Virus record (IMG/VR): IMGVR_UViG_3300046058_000046
Span: 1-46,662 of that record
DNA length: 46,662 nt
Reading direction: 5' to 3' (one strand)
Origin: a virus
Taxonomy: Duplodnaviria > Caudoviricetes
Of the stretch, positions 9,004-19,053 are shown one piece after another. A program made the position numbers and the translations under genes. A model generated the notes under the pieces. That model was not told the DNA's origin, did not search any database, and was given only the letters and a program-made list of their open reading frames with translations. Each line of letters starts with the position of its first letter. Position 1 is the stretch's first letter.

Positions 9004-9060
9004 GAGCTCACTGATGTCGTCCCAACGGTGCGTCGAAAAGGACAGAGAGAAGGCGCCGTA

Positions 9061-10293
9061 CTACTCGACCCCCAGCTCGTCGAGAAGCACATTCGCCTCC
9101 CGTTCGCTCAGCTGTCCGCTCTGGACCTGGTCGCGGATGTAACGAAGTGCCGCCTCGGAAGACCTTTCCTGGGCAATGGAGCGCACGTTCTCGAGGGCGT
9201 TCTCGACCCTCTGTCGAGAAGCACGCCCCTGTGAAACCTGCCCCCCCGAGGTCCTCCCTGATTGGGTCTTGCCTGATCGAGACGAGGGGTCTCGATTCAT
9301 AAAGGTATCCCGGTTTTCAATCAGGTCTCCCTCGGGAACGTCCCGGCCACCGTTTTGATTGCGGAAAGGCTGCTCACCGTCTTCAGACAGCTTTTGGCGG
9401 TGCCGGCGCAGCTTGCGAATGCGGTTGTTAATCTGTTGGAGTTCTTTTGGTTTAAGTTCGCGGCGGTAGGGCTCGCCGAAGGTATTAGTTTCTTCGATTC
9501 CCTCACGTTTGTAGCGTTCAAGGAGTTGGATCTCCCGGTCGACGCCGTCGACGGACGTGGGCGCTGCCTCAAGGTCGTCGTCCGATCCCTGCCTCGACTG
9601 CAGAGCCCGCGTCAAATTGGCCCGGGCATTTGTCTCCGCCACCTCGAGCTCGCGTTTCTCTTCTTCGGTGAGGGGACGCCCTCGCTTCCACTTGATCTGG
9701 GCCCGCTCCAGACGCTGCTGTTTCTCCAGCTCCTCTAGCGACTGGGCATGCTCGCGCCGGTCGCGCCGGTCTTCGAGCTGAGTCTGGAAGTTGGCCTCCC
9801 GCTCCCGGTTGGCAATCTGCTGGTTGGTTGTGCGCACCTCCTGCCGCCGGTCGCGGAAGTTGGAGAGCTCCTCGAAGAAGGCATTGCGCCGCCGCTGGTT
9901 ACCAGCGGCAAAGCTCTCGCTCAGCCCCGCGCCTACCTTGGCCAGGCCGGGGCTGTCCGCCAGGGCGCCAATGCCAGAGGCGGCGGCCGAGGCCAGCGCG
10001 AGCCACCGGTTGCGCCGCAGGGCCTCCTTATTCAGCTCGGGCCGCTCTTGCCCCAGCTGCACGCGCTCCAGCTGCAGGCGCGGGACCTCGTTCGAAGCAC
10101 CGGCCGCCGCGGCGGCCTGCCCGTCACCGCCGGCTCCCGAGCGAGCGGTTGCCGAGCGGCGATTGCCGTGTGGACTGTCGGCCTCGTCGCGCAGGCCTGT
10201 CAGGATCCCACCCGTGCTTACGAGTGGATCTTGCTTCTCTTCGTCCGGCAGTCGAAGGCGACGTCGACCACGTCCGTGTTGTTGCAACGCCAT
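9061..10293 (-). CDS. Probable DNA ejection/internal virion protein
   Basis: Gly/Ala hydrophobic hairpin (WLALASAAASGIGALADSPGLAKVGAGL) followed by a long coiled coil. Located just before the giant gene, as in podovirus ejection gene triplets. Confidence 0.6.
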   Translation of the reverse strand: MALQQHGRGRRRLRLPDEEKQDPLVSTGGILTGLRDEADSPHGNRRSATARSGAGGDGQAAAAAGASNEVPRLQLERVQLGQERPELNKEALRRNRWLALASAAASGIGALADSPGLAKVGAGLSESFAAGNQRRRNAFFEELSNFRDRRQEVRTTNQQIANREREANFQTQLEDRRDRREHAQSLEELEKQQRLERAQIKWKRGRPLTEEEKRELEVAETNARANLTRALQSRQGSDDDLEAAPTSVDGVDREIQLLERYKREGIEETNTFGEPYRRELKPKELQQINNRIRKLRRHRQKLSEDGEQPFRNQNGGRDVPEGDLIENRDTFMNRDPSSRSGKTQSGRTSGGQVSQGRASRQRVENALENVRSIAQERSSEAALRYIRDQVQSGQLSEREANVLLDELGVE

Positions 10294-10327
10294 GAGATCG
10301 AGAGGGTCGGTGAAATAGATCTAGGAT

Positions 10328-10933
10328 CTAGGCGTAGTTTCCGCGCATGCCCAGCCCGGTGAACTCTCCTTCACTACCGGTGCCCCCCCCGCTGCCTCCT
10401 GTAAAGTTGGACCCTACGATCGCAGCACTCTGGGCGGCAGATCCCAGTGCGTTCAAAATTTGGCTGCGGCGCCGGACCTTCTCCTTCCGCCGGCGCCAGT
10501 AATTAGCGTCCTGCTGGTTAAGCCCCGTCATGAGGTGTCCGAGGCGTCGCTGTTGCTTCTGATTTTGGATGCGGGCGCTCTGGCCAAGGGCCCGCTGCTG
10601 GCCCTGCGCCATCGTTCGCGCGCGAACGGCATTCTGGGCCACCTCAAACTGAGACCCCTCCAGGCCGCGGGCGGCTGCCTGGGCTTCGTCCCGGTTCTTC
10701 TGTCGCTCATTCTGCCTCCGCAGCTGGGCCGTGCTCGCCTGGAAATGCGCGCTTTGCGCCGGAGATCGGTTTTGTCCCTGTTCGTAGGAGCGCTGCAGGC
10801 GCTCGAGGATCTGCTGGCGCTGCCGGGCGACTGGCGACCGGTCGCCGTCGCTGTCCTGGGTAAGCTTGTTGTACAGGCCAACACCGGCGGAGGCAAGGCC
10901 CGCTCCGGCGGCGAGCGTCGATAAAATAGCCAT
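10328..10933 (-). CDS. Probable small ejection/pilot protein
   Basis: N-terminal LAAGAGLASAGVGLY, Gln/Ala-rich helical body and Gly-rich tail; typical architecture of a first ejection protein. Confidence 0.6.
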   Translation of the reverse strand: MAILSTLAAGAGLASAGVGLYNKLTQDSDGDRSPVARQRQQILERLQRSYEQGQNRSPAQSAHFQASTAQLRRQNERQKNRDEAQAAARGLEGSQFEVAQNAVRARTMAQGQQRALGQSARIQNQKQQRRLGHLMTGLNQQDANYWRRRKEKVRRRSQILNALGSAAQSAAIVGSNFTGGSGGGTGSEGEFTGLGMRGNYA

Positions 10934-11019
10934 GGGTCCAAAAAATCAGTGAAACAAATTTATCACCTGTAGGAATTGCGTACGCACGAGGACTGTCGGC
11001 GTGCTGTCTAGGCCGAGCC

Positions 11020-11589
11020 TCATGGTAAGATCCGCCCCCCAAAAAAGCCGAAGACAACTCCTCCGGCAAAGGCAAGAACAAGGCCAATCGATCGGCGCAC
11101 GCGCTCCCACCACGACTCGCTTTTGTCCGGCCGAAGCACCTCGACGGTTTCCGACGTGGGCTCTTCTCGCACCTGCTGGCGGCTCGTCGAGTCGCTTTCC
11201 GGCATCCAGTCCCAGATTTCTCCGTAGGCCGGCAGCTGGGCCTGCTCCACTTTGGTGCTGTCACCGACCGTGTACTGGACCTCGACGTGCTCAGGGTCGG
11301 CGTTGCGGTTGACGCTCACGCGCTGGACCTCGAGCGTTGGGGTCGGCAGCGTGTCCTCGTAGATGCGGACCGTCGTCGGGCGCGTTGGCGTTCCCGGCGG
11401 TGGCACCGGGGGCAGCTGCTTGAGCTCGACCGTGTCGCTGACGGCGGTCACCGTCGAGGGCTGCGCCGGGCGCTCGGCCTCGACGAGCCGGCCGTGCGAG
11501 CAGCCGAAGCAGAGACACGCCGCGAGGATGAGAAGCGCGGTGACCGCAATGGATACGCCCCAGCGGTATGCCCAGACAAGGTCATCCAT
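11020..11589 (-). CDS. Probable unimolecular spanin
   Basis: N-terminal lipoprotein signal (LILAACLCFGC), beta-rich middle and C-terminal TM helix (IGLVLAFAGGVVFGFFGG). Last gene of the lysis cassette. Confidence 0.7.
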   Translation of the reverse strand: MDDLVWAYRWGVSIAVTALLILAACLCFGCSHGRLVEAERPAQPSTVTAVSDTVELKQLPPVPPPGTPTRPTTVRIYEDTLPTPTLEVQRVSVNRNADPEHVEVQYTVGDSTKVEQAQLPAYGEIWDWMPESDSTSRQQVREEPTSETVEVLRPDKSESWWERVRRSIGLVLAFAGGVVFGFFGGRILP

Positions 11590-11818
11590 ACCTCTCGTCG
11601 TAGTCGTTGGAGTACCAGATGGCGAGGGCCAGGGCGTAGGCGAACGCTATGAACGCCGCCGCGGCAACGCCGAGCGAAGGCCACAGGCCCTCTACGGCCT
11701 TGCTGGCGAAGAACGCGCCGACGCCGCACCAGGCAAGCAAACCGATAGAATTGATCCACCCGCTCGGCGTGATCTTGGCTGGGTTCAGGTGGTCAAAGAT
11801 CGTGCTTGGTCGTGTCAT
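11582..11818 (-). CDS. Two-TM membrane protein (holin/antiholin candidate)
   Basis: Two hydrophobic helices; lies between endolysin and spanin with an overlapping stop/start. Confidence 0.55.
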   Translation of the reverse strand: MTRPSTIFDHLNPAKITPSGWINSIGLLAWCGVGAFFASKAVEGLWPSLGVAAAAFIAFAYALALAIWYSNDYDERYG

Positions 11819-11858
11819 GGTAGTTTTTGGGTTCTGTCTAAGGGTGAAACGGAACTAG

Positions 11859-12620
11859 TCAAGTGCTTGAGGGAGTAAATGCTACGATGCGAAAGTACGA
11901 CCCCGGCCGGATACACCGTTTTCGCGGCCATACCCCATCTCCATCGCGCTGCGGCCCCGCGTCGCCGGGGCTTGTATTCCCCTCCACCGTGCGCCCGCAC
12001 TGCTGCTGCCACGAGCGCACGATGCCAATATGACCTTTCCAGGTGTCCCCTCGTCGCCAGATGGCCAGCGCGCCGGCGGATACCACCTCAGTCCCCCGAA
12101 TCACTTTTCGGGCCGCGACGGAGCGGCCAGTGATGTAGTCGGTTGCGGCGGCGGATCGGACCGCTAGAGTATCACCTCCTGCCTGATCCATCGCCCACCG
12201 CACCAGTCCCGCGCACCAACTGTAGCCGCCCCCGAGATTAACAGAGGCCATGTACTTTCTGATGTCGGGTCCCTCATTCGGCCCCTCTGCCTCCTTCTCG
12301 CCCACCTCCTGCATCGCGGTATCCACGACAGCAGGACGCGAGCAAGGCTGACCTGTGGCGATCGCGGGTGCCAACAGCAGCGCCAGGGCGAGCAGGGCCA
12401 TGGCTACCGCGATGTTGCCTCCGCGCAGCTGCTCGATCGTGTCGATGCTCTCGAGGGCGTAGCGGTCCAGCGCCGCGAAGAGAACGACAATCAGCGCTGC
12501 CTTCGCGAGCGCCGCGGCAAAGGCGGAGTAGGCCACTGCCCAGTGGAAGGTAACCCCTACGGCCAGCGCCGCACTCGCGCAGAGTAGAACGATAAAATGT
12601 CGAAGCTTAAAGCCCGTCAT
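11859..12620 (-). CDS. CHAP-domain endolysin with N-terminal three-TM domain
   Basis: YSWCAGLVRW (Cys), GHIGIV (His) and TVEGNT CHAP motifs. First ~88 aa hold three hydrophobic segments. Confidence 0.8.
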   Translation of the reverse strand: MTGFKLRHFIVLLCASAALAVGVTFHWAVAYSAFAAALAKAALIVVLFAALDRYALESIDTIEQLRGGNIAVAMALLALALLLAPAIATGQPCSRPAVVDTAMQEVGEKEAEGPNEGPDIRKYMASVNLGGGYSWCAGLVRWAMDQAGGDTLAVRSAAATDYITGRSVAARKVIRGTEVVSAGALAIWRRGDTWKGHIGIVRSWQQQCGRTVEGNTSPGDAGPQRDGDGVWPRKRCIRPGSYFRIVAFTPSST

Positions 12621-12886
12621 CGGTCGCTCTTGTTGTTTTGGAGAAGGAGGTCGATTTTCGTTTCTATTCGGGTGACCCGTGCGCGCAGGTCAGCGCGGGT
12701 CTCCCGCCGGCGCTTCAGGGCCGACTGGACCCGCTCGATGTCGGTCTCCGCCTGGCGCATGCGCTCCCTCATCGTCCCAATCTGATTCCTCGTGGTCACG
12801 TACGAGGAACCGACTCCCACAAGGATGGCGACCATCAATGGGGCGATCAGGGACGTCCAGTCCCAGCCTTTGGCGAAATTGGACAT
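12617..12886 (-). CDS. Single-TM plus coiled-coil protein (holin-like)
   Basis: MSNFAKGWDWTSLIAPLMVAILVGVG then a coiled coil ending IETKIDLLL. ATGA overlap with the endolysin. ATG at 12886 preferred as start. Confidence 0.6.
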   Translation of the reverse strand: MSNFAKGWDWTSLIAPLMVAILVGVGSSYVTTRNQIGTMRERMRQAETDIERVQSALKRRRETRADLRARVTRIETKIDLLLQNNKSDR

Positions 12887-12911
12887 GCTCACAAGCGTTC
12901 GTTCTGCAGTG

Positions 12912-15113
12912 TTAAACCTCCGCCCCCCAAGCGAAATCGACATCCTGCCCCGGATCGGAGTCTACGTTGATGTCGAAGTTCGACGCGCCGACGCCTGTGA
13001 TGTAGTAGTAGCCGGCACCCCCAAGATCCCCGAGCGCAGTGATGCGGATGTCCTCCGGGTCGGGCGTCACGTCGAGGCCATGGGCCACCGTGACGGATGT
13101 ACTTCCGCTGCTGAGCGTGGCCTGGCCGCTCCCTGTCGTTTGTACTGCCGCTCCGGTGTTCACTCGAAAATCGGCATAGGTTGTATCCCGCCGGTCAGAA
13201 AGCCAGAGTGTCCAGTTTATATCGACAGGTTCTCGACCGGTGCGCTCGGTAAGCTCCCATACAACGTTTGTGCGGGTTCCGTCATCGAAATGGGCACGAT
13301 TTTGTGAGACCTTGTGCTCGCTGGTTTCTGAGCCTGCTGGTGCCCAGCTTAGTATCGGGCTTCCATCTTTAACCCGCCCTTTAGCCGCCTCGATGCGGAG
13401 CGTGCCGCCTGCAGGAATAGTGTCTGTTCCCTCTGCATATTTTAGCCCCGTCGGGTATACGACTTGCGCCCAGTTGTCTTTCTGCTCAATGGGAGCCTTG
13501 TAACGGGATCTACCATCCCGAACCAAGAGGCTTGAATTTGATGGCGTCAAGTCTACCGCCGCCGTGTTGCCGTCTACTGTTGATTTTACGACCGAAAAAT
13601 CATCTCCTACACTCTTTATGCCAACATCAGCCCCGCCTATGTTTGATCCGTGGACTAGGGTATGCGCACTATTTGCATTAGATTCTAAGACAATGGACTG
13701 ATCCACATCCTGCTCTAAGTGCATTTTGCTTATAACTGCGTGTATAGTGTCAAGATACACGCCAACACTATTCCCTGTAGTTCCCCAATCTGACAGATAT
13801 GTATCGTTGGAGTCTATCCATATCCCATACTCATCATTGATATTCGCATAGCCTTGTCCTGTGCACCGAATCTGACTAATCGGGCCCCCGCGATTTTTTA
13901 GGCCCTCGTAGTGTAGTCCATGTCGATTACGGGTTACCCAGCAGTTGTGATGATTAATGTGAAAAATGGTCCCGAGCCCAGAAATGCCGTAGTCAAATTC
14001 ACCAACTAGGACATCATCAAACACCACGTCGTCTATGGGCGCCGTTTTGGAATCTCCGTACCGGCCCGTGTCGTCTTGCGCATCGAGGAAAATCCCGTCT
14101 CGCGAATTGGCGTTGGCGCTGACAAGGCCGAACTCGCGAAAGCGAGTCCCCCTACACGTGGCTGTCAGCGCCGCCAGCCGGAATGCGTCGGTGCCTGCGG
14201 TGGAGGGCTCGTGGATGATCTTCGTGGGCACATCATCTTCATCCCACTTGTTCCAGGTTCGGGGTCGCCCTTGGCCTTCGACAATGAAGGGGTATCCATC
14301 AAGCGTCACAGTCCCTGTCATGCGCGAGAGGCCGCGGGGCAGAATAATTTTGCCGCCGCGCTCCTCCTGCTGCAAGTAGTTGACCGCTGGCTTGATGCCT
14401 GCCGTCCCGGTACCATCCTCATACGGGGAGGACGGCGAGCCATCCCCGGACGAGATCCACCATTTGGCTTTGACCGCCCCCGGGTACTTCTCCGATACGT
14501 CCGGATCTTTCGCGGCGAGCGCGTCGGCGACCGATCCCCCGTAGGCTTGCACCTGTACGTCGTAATCCGACGTGGACTCCTCGACCACCTCGACGGTGCT
14601 GTCAAAGGTGACCGCGTTCCCGTTGTAGGGAAGCTGCTCCTTCGGCACCTCGACTACGCCCCCGCCATTGTTTTTCGCGTAGTCGTGTGCAGCCTGCACC
14701 GCCGTCTCAAAGTCCGTAAAGTTGGCGGGAGTGAACACCTTCGCATTAGCGCTGACCGGCATCGACACGATGTTGCCGACCTGCGTCACCGAAAGCGAGA
14801 TGCGTGGCCCAATCGGTGCCCATCCGCCCTGGGTGGACCCAGTCCCGGTATCTTGGTAGTATTGGGACTGGTCCAAGACATAGACCACCGAGTCGTCGCC
14901 GGTCGACGCGGGTAGGTCGCCCGCGCTCTGCACGGTATCGTCCACCGCGCCGATGGCGCCGATGTCCTTCGCTGTCTGCTCCACGTCGTCGCGAAACGCG
15001 CGCGCCTCGCTGCGCGCCAGTGCAGCGCTGGAGTGGGCCTCCTCGAGCGCGGTGCGAAAATCGCGAAGCTCTTGGTCGTTCTCGAGCAACGTAACGTCCG
15101 TGGGGGTCGGCAT
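12912..15113 (-). CDS. Tail spike/receptor-binding protein with parallel beta-helix (pectin-lyase-like)
   Basis: AGIKPAVNYL...GGKIILPRG-type helix cap and repeated G-I-x-I beta-helix turns. C-terminal SVTVAHGLDVTP module. Confidence 0.8.
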   Translation of the reverse strand: MPTPTDVTLLENDQELRDFRTALEEAHSSAALARSEARAFRDDVEQTAKDIGAIGAVDDTVQSAGDLPASTGDDSVVYVLDQSQYYQDTGTGSTQGGWAPIGPRISLSVTQVGNIVSMPVSANAKVFTPANFTDFETAVQAAHDYAKNNGGGVVEVPKEQLPYNGNAVTFDSTVEVVEESTSDYDVQVQAYGGSVADALAAKDPDVSEKYPGAVKAKWWISSGDGSPSSPYEDGTGTAGIKPAVNYLQQEERGGKIILPRGLSRMTGTVTLDGYPFIVEGQGRPRTWNKWDEDDVPTKIIHEPSTAGTDAFRLAALTATCRGTRFREFGLVSANANSRDGIFLDAQDDTGRYGDSKTAPIDDVVFDDVLVGEFDYGISGLGTIFHINHHNCWVTRNRHGLHYEGLKNRGGPISQIRCTGQGYANINDEYGIWIDSNDTYLSDWGTTGNSVGVYLDTIHAVISKMHLEQDVDQSIVLESNANSAHTLVHGSNIGGADVGIKSVGDDFSVVKSTVDGNTAAVDLTPSNSSLLVRDGRSRYKAPIEQKDNWAQVVYPTGLKYAEGTDTIPAGGTLRIEAAKGRVKDGSPILSWAPAGSETSEHKVSQNRAHFDDGTRTNVVWELTERTGREPVDINWTLWLSDRRDTTYADFRVNTGAAVQTTGSGQATLSSGSTSVTVAHGLDVTPDPEDIRITALGDLGGAGYYYITGVGASNFDINVDSDPGQDVDFAWGAEV

Positions 15114-15116
15114 GGG

Positions 15117-15332
15117 TTAGGTTTCGTCTTTGTCAATGAGGATGCGGCCAGAGAAGTCTTCGTCCCCAAAGTCGACCTTGAGGGCGTGCTCGATCGAGGG
15201 CGTGATGCGCACGAGGGTCAGCTCAAAGGTGCGTCCGAACAGCTCACCGGGAAAAAGGTCAATCTCGAGGCTGCGCCGCTTAAAGGCGGCTTTGGAGTTG
15301 CCCCGAATTTCAACTTTGCGTTCGGTCGGCAT
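15117..15332 (-). CDS. Hypothetical protein
   Basis: Tightly packed in the tail operon with normal codon usage. Confidence 0.65.
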   Translation of the reverse strand: MPTERKVEIRGNSKAAFKRRSLEIDLFPGELFGRTFELTLVRITPSIEHALKVDFGDEDFSGRILIDKDET

Positions 15333-15335
15333 GGC

Positions 15336-18314
15336 TCAGACGTCGGTTTCGGCGATGAGGACGAGCGTGGTCGCCTGCGTCTGGTCCTGCGATTGCACCA
15401 GGTCGGGCGCGTCTAGGTAGGCCGGGTATTCGTGCGCCTGGTGGTCGCGGAGGGTCCGATTCCGCAGGTCCCACTCTATAAAGATCGATTCGATAGACTG
15501 CCCGGTCAGGGCCCGGCCTCGAATGTCGAGGACAAACCCTGTGCCGAGGCCGGCGTCCGGGACCACCCCGCCGCTTAGCTGGCCCGCCCGGAGCGTTTCG
15601 CGCTCGAGCTTGATGTATTCGCGCTGCGGATCGGTCGCCACCAGAGACAGGTCCACCTCTTCCAGCGGGGTCGGCTGCCGCAACTGCACCTGCCGCATGC
15701 GCTTCAAGCTGCCGAGCGCGCCGGTCTGGAGGACGGCCGTCTGGATGTTGACCTGCCCCTCCCCCTCAGTGGCCACCTCGCGGACCAGCGCCCCGTCGGC
15801 CCGGGCGGCGTATTCCTCGCCGGGCCGGAGCGCAAAGTCTTGACGCTGTCGCCGCAGGGCGCTCCACGCCCCCTGGTCGATCGAATAGTTCCAGACGCGC
15901 CCGCCGGCGGCGACCCACACGTCGTTTCGGCCGCGCTGCACGTTTTTGTAGTGGCCGACAACCGTATCCGGGCCGAGAGAGCGCAAAAACTCCTCGCCGA
16001 CGTCGTTGAGCGGGTTCGAGAGGGGCGGCTGTTGAAGCTGTGGGGCGAGCTCATGCAGGCCCCCGTCCAGGCACGCCACGACGCTTCCGTCCGCGCTGGC
16101 AACCGCCGCGCGGCTCACGGCGCCCTGATCGTTGGTAAGCACGTCGACGCGCTGGACGAGCGGGGACCCCTCGCCGACGCGAAGAACGCGGACGCTGTCC
16201 TGCTGAAAGGACAAAATGGGGTATTGGCCGTACTGCCCCTCCGACACTTCTTGGCCGACGGCCTGAAGCGCGAGCACCCGGTCGTCCTGCGACCGGGCAT
16301 CGGAAACAAGGTTCTCGGCTGGCCGCTCCATCGGACGGTACGGCTCAGACCACACGATGAGGTTTGGCTCGATGCTCAACTTCTCATTTTGCCCGTCGGT
16401 GACGGCATGCGTGTCGTCGGCTACCGACTGAATTTTCCACTGGACATCGCTCTTTTGATTGTTTGAGGACTGCGCAAACGCCCGGATGGTGCCCCCGTCG
16501 TTGTTGTTGTCGACGCTTACAAACACCTCATTTTCAATGCGGGTGTATTCGGCCTCGGCCGGGTCGAACCCGGAAAGGGTAATAGAACCATCATCCTCAA
16601 AACTGTTCGTTCCGGTGTCGCCCGTCGTGCCGCCAGCGATAAAGGCGCTCACGGTGCTTTTGTCGGATACGAGCACGTTCTTGTCTGCATCCAGAATGGC
16701 AACGCGAACAAATGCCTCTGCGCTTGCTCTATCGTTTTGTCCTTGCGTCTCCACCTCGGCCTTGATGTAGTAGTCGACCGTCACCTCGACCACGTCTTGC
16801 GAACTACCGGTCACGTCGGCCTCGGAAAGCCGGGATACTTTGTCGGTATTTATCTGGTCTGAATTGCCTTGTGAGACGTCGTTTTCGTCCAGCGATTCCC
16901 CCGCACTAAGGGGGCCGGTCCACCCGTTTTCGCTGCCAACGTCGAGCACGGCGCCGTCGCTGGACGCGACGGTCAGGTCGAGCGGGTCCTTTACGTCGCT
17001 GTACGCAAACGTCGCCGCGGCGGCCTCCTCGAACGAGCGGTCGCTCCCCGGTAGGAGAATGGATTGCCACGTTGCCGACGAAAGCGGGTCGCCTTCGGTG
17101 TAGTCGGTGGATTTATACATTTCCCACCGCAGGGCCCGCGGGTCCGGGTACCACACCAAGTTGCTCCGTAGCGAAGCCGCCTCGGCCGAGGCGGTATCAT
17201 AGGGCAGCGGGGCCGAGTTGCGGACCACCTCCCCGTCGGTCGTCTCTACCCAGACGGTAAGAAGGACCCACTGGTCGTTTCCGTTCGCGTTCTCCCGGCC
17301 CTCTTTCCAGCGGAGGATTTTCTTCAGCGGCGGCTGTTTCAGATCATACGCAAGGTCGCCGAGCAGGAGACGCGCATTGTAGTTGTACGAGGCGCCTGCC
17401 GAAAGTCGGTGGTGTTGTATGGCCGACCCCTCAAAATCTCTTTGTGTAAGCAAATCTTCGGTTGTCCCCTCCCACGAGGCCCCGAACCCTACCTCCAGCG
17501 TCGAAATACTGGTGAGGCGGTATCCGGGCTGTCGTCGAGCGGGGATGGTGGTTGTGGTGTTGCCTTGGTCGTCGGTCTTCTGAACAGGGGCGTGGCCAAC
17601 CACAAGGAGCTTGCTTATGCGCTGCTTCCAATAGTCGGGCAGGGCCTCGGTGAATCGCAAGATTTTTGCACGCACCTTGAACGGCCCGCTCTCGCTCACT
17701 TCGACGAGTGATCCGGCTGGCCCGACGGCACCAGTGTCCAGTTCCCAAGCAAAACGAAACAGATACGTGCCTGCGTCCAGGCCGCCATCCCCATTCGTAA
17801 GGGTTGTCGACACGCTCATTATCGGCAATTCGGGCCAACCGTATTCGGCGACCGTGTCGCCGTGTAGGACGAGGCCCTGCTCCGGAGCACCGACGCCTGG
17901 GCCGCTGGTGATGGCGATGTGGACAATCTGCTGCCCCTGTGAGAACGACGCCCGGCGCGTGTCGTCAGCCGTGTCGAAGGTATGCACCTGTTTCTCGGTG
18001 TACCCCTGCCCCGGATCAATGATGTAAACGCCGTCGGCCTTGAGGGCGATGAGCCGGTTTAGAGACTGGTCCGGGTCGCCGGCCAGGTCGGCAAAGCGCG
18101 ACATGTTTGATCGGCGCTGCCACCCGAGCGAGAGGATGCCCGTCGACGTGCCGCGACGGTCGGCCACTTTCGGCACCTCCCACACCGCCCCGTCCCCGCG
18201 CCCGGTCGGCACCAGGTCCCACAGCAGCCGACACGCGCCGCTAGGCAATTGGTGGCCGGGCGTCGTGAGGTCCAACCCGCGAATCGGAAATGTAGTCCTC
18301 TGGCGCTCGCCCAT
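15336..18314 (-). CDS. Probable tail hub/nozzle (stabilisation) protein
   Basis: ~990 aa, beta-rich, FPIRGLDL N-terminus, position after the adaptor genes. ATG at 18314 preferred as start. Confidence 0.6.
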   Translation of the reverse strand: MGERQRTTFPIRGLDLTTPGHQLPSGACRLLWDLVPTGRGDGAVWEVPKVADRRGTSTGILSLGWQRRSNMSRFADLAGDPDQSLNRLIALKADGVYIIDPGQGYTEKQVHTFDTADDTRRASFSQGQQIVHIAITSGPGVGAPEQGLVLHGDTVAEYGWPELPIMSVSTTLTNGDGGLDAGTYLFRFAWELDTGAVGPAGSLVEVSESGPFKVRAKILRFTEALPDYWKQRISKLLVVGHAPVQKTDDQGNTTTTIPARRQPGYRLTSISTLEVGFGASWEGTTEDLLTQRDFEGSAIQHHRLSAGASYNYNARLLLGDLAYDLKQPPLKKILRWKEGRENANGNDQWVLLTVWVETTDGEVVRNSAPLPYDTASAEAASLRSNLVWYPDPRALRWEMYKSTDYTEGDPLSSATWQSILLPGSDRSFEEAAAATFAYSDVKDPLDLTVASSDGAVLDVGSENGWTGPLSAGESLDENDVSQGNSDQINTDKVSRLSEADVTGSSQDVVEVTVDYYIKAEVETQGQNDRASAEAFVRVAILDADKNVLVSDKSTVSAFIAGGTTGDTGTNSFEDDGSITLSGFDPAEAEYTRIENEVFVSVDNNNDGGTIRAFAQSSNNQKSDVQWKIQSVADDTHAVTDGQNEKLSIEPNLIVWSEPYRPMERPAENLVSDARSQDDRVLALQAVGQEVSEGQYGQYPILSFQQDSVRVLRVGEGSPLVQRVDVLTNDQGAVSRAAVASADGSVVACLDGGLHELAPQLQQPPLSNPLNDVGEEFLRSLGPDTVVGHYKNVQRGRNDVWVAAGGRVWNYSIDQGAWSALRRQRQDFALRPGEEYAARADGALVREVATEGEGQVNIQTAVLQTGALGSLKRMRQVQLRQPTPLEEVDLSLVATDPQREYIKLERETLRAGQLSGGVVPDAGLGTGFVLDIRGRALTGQSIESIFIEWDLRNRTLRDHQAHEYPAYLDAPDLVQSQDQTQATTLVLIAETDV

Positions 18315-18340
18315 CGCGTCGGGAAACAAGGGTCGTGAAA

Positions 18341-19030
18341 TTAGCTACCGGTCTGCTCGCGGGCCTGCTCAATCGCCTGCTGCACCATCGGCTGCTGGCC
18401 GGCCTCGATCTGGCGGAGAATGACATTGGCCGCCCGTTCCATAATCTGGTGGCCCGGCTCCCTTTGGGCAGCGAGGGTGTGGCTCGTCGCGTACAGAATG
18501 ATCGCCCCTTTGAGGATCTCGGGGGCGTCTTCAGGCGCCAGTTCGGGCAGGTAGGCGAAGCGGTCGATCGTTGGGGTGGCGTCCTGCGGCCAGCACCGGA
18601 TGAGCTCGCCGCTTGCCCCGCCGGGGTCGGGCGCCTTTGTCGCGACCGGGCTGTGAGCGCCAGCGGCCGTGAACGAGTTGTACTGCATGCGCACCTGGTC
18701 GGAGCGCCGATCGACCAGCTCATAGAGGTCCCGCTTCCAGTCAGCGAGGCGCAACTCCATGAAGCGAGTGAAATCATCTGGAAGCTCAATCTCGGTCGCG
18801 TTGTATACGTTGGCGACCGCCAGCTCAGAGCCGTCGGCGCTCGCCTTGTCGACGGCCTCCCGGGGAGCGGCGTTGAACACCTGCCGCATCGCCGTCACCA
18901 GGTTGCTATACATCGACGCCCGGTTGGTACCAACCGTCTGCCCAGTCACAAGCTCTTGGTCGGCGTGCCTCTCCACTTCCGATACGAGCTCGTCCTGGTC
19001 GGTCGTGGCGTCGTACTCAAACGTAGCCAT
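18341..19030 (-). CDS. Probable head-tail adaptor/ring protein
   Basis: IELPDDFTRFMELRLADW motif and synteny. ATG at 19030 preferred as start. Confidence 0.55.
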   Translation of the reverse strand: MATFEYDATTDQDELVSEVERHADQELVTGQTVGTNRASMYSNLVTAMRQVFNAAPREAVDKASADGSELAVANVYNATEIELPDDFTRFMELRLADWKRDLYELVDRRSDQVRMQYNSFTAAGAHSPVATKAPDPGGASGELIRCWPQDATPTIDRFAYLPELAPEDAPEILKGAIILYATSHTLAAQREPGHQIMERAANVILRQIEAGQQPMVQQAIEQAREQTGS

Positions 19031-19053
19031 AAGAGAAAAAATGCTGTTTGGAC

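Noticed and set aside
12912-15113. Diversity-generating retroelement or invertible tail cassette
   Set aside because: No reverse transcriptase, invertase or template/variable repeat pair seen.
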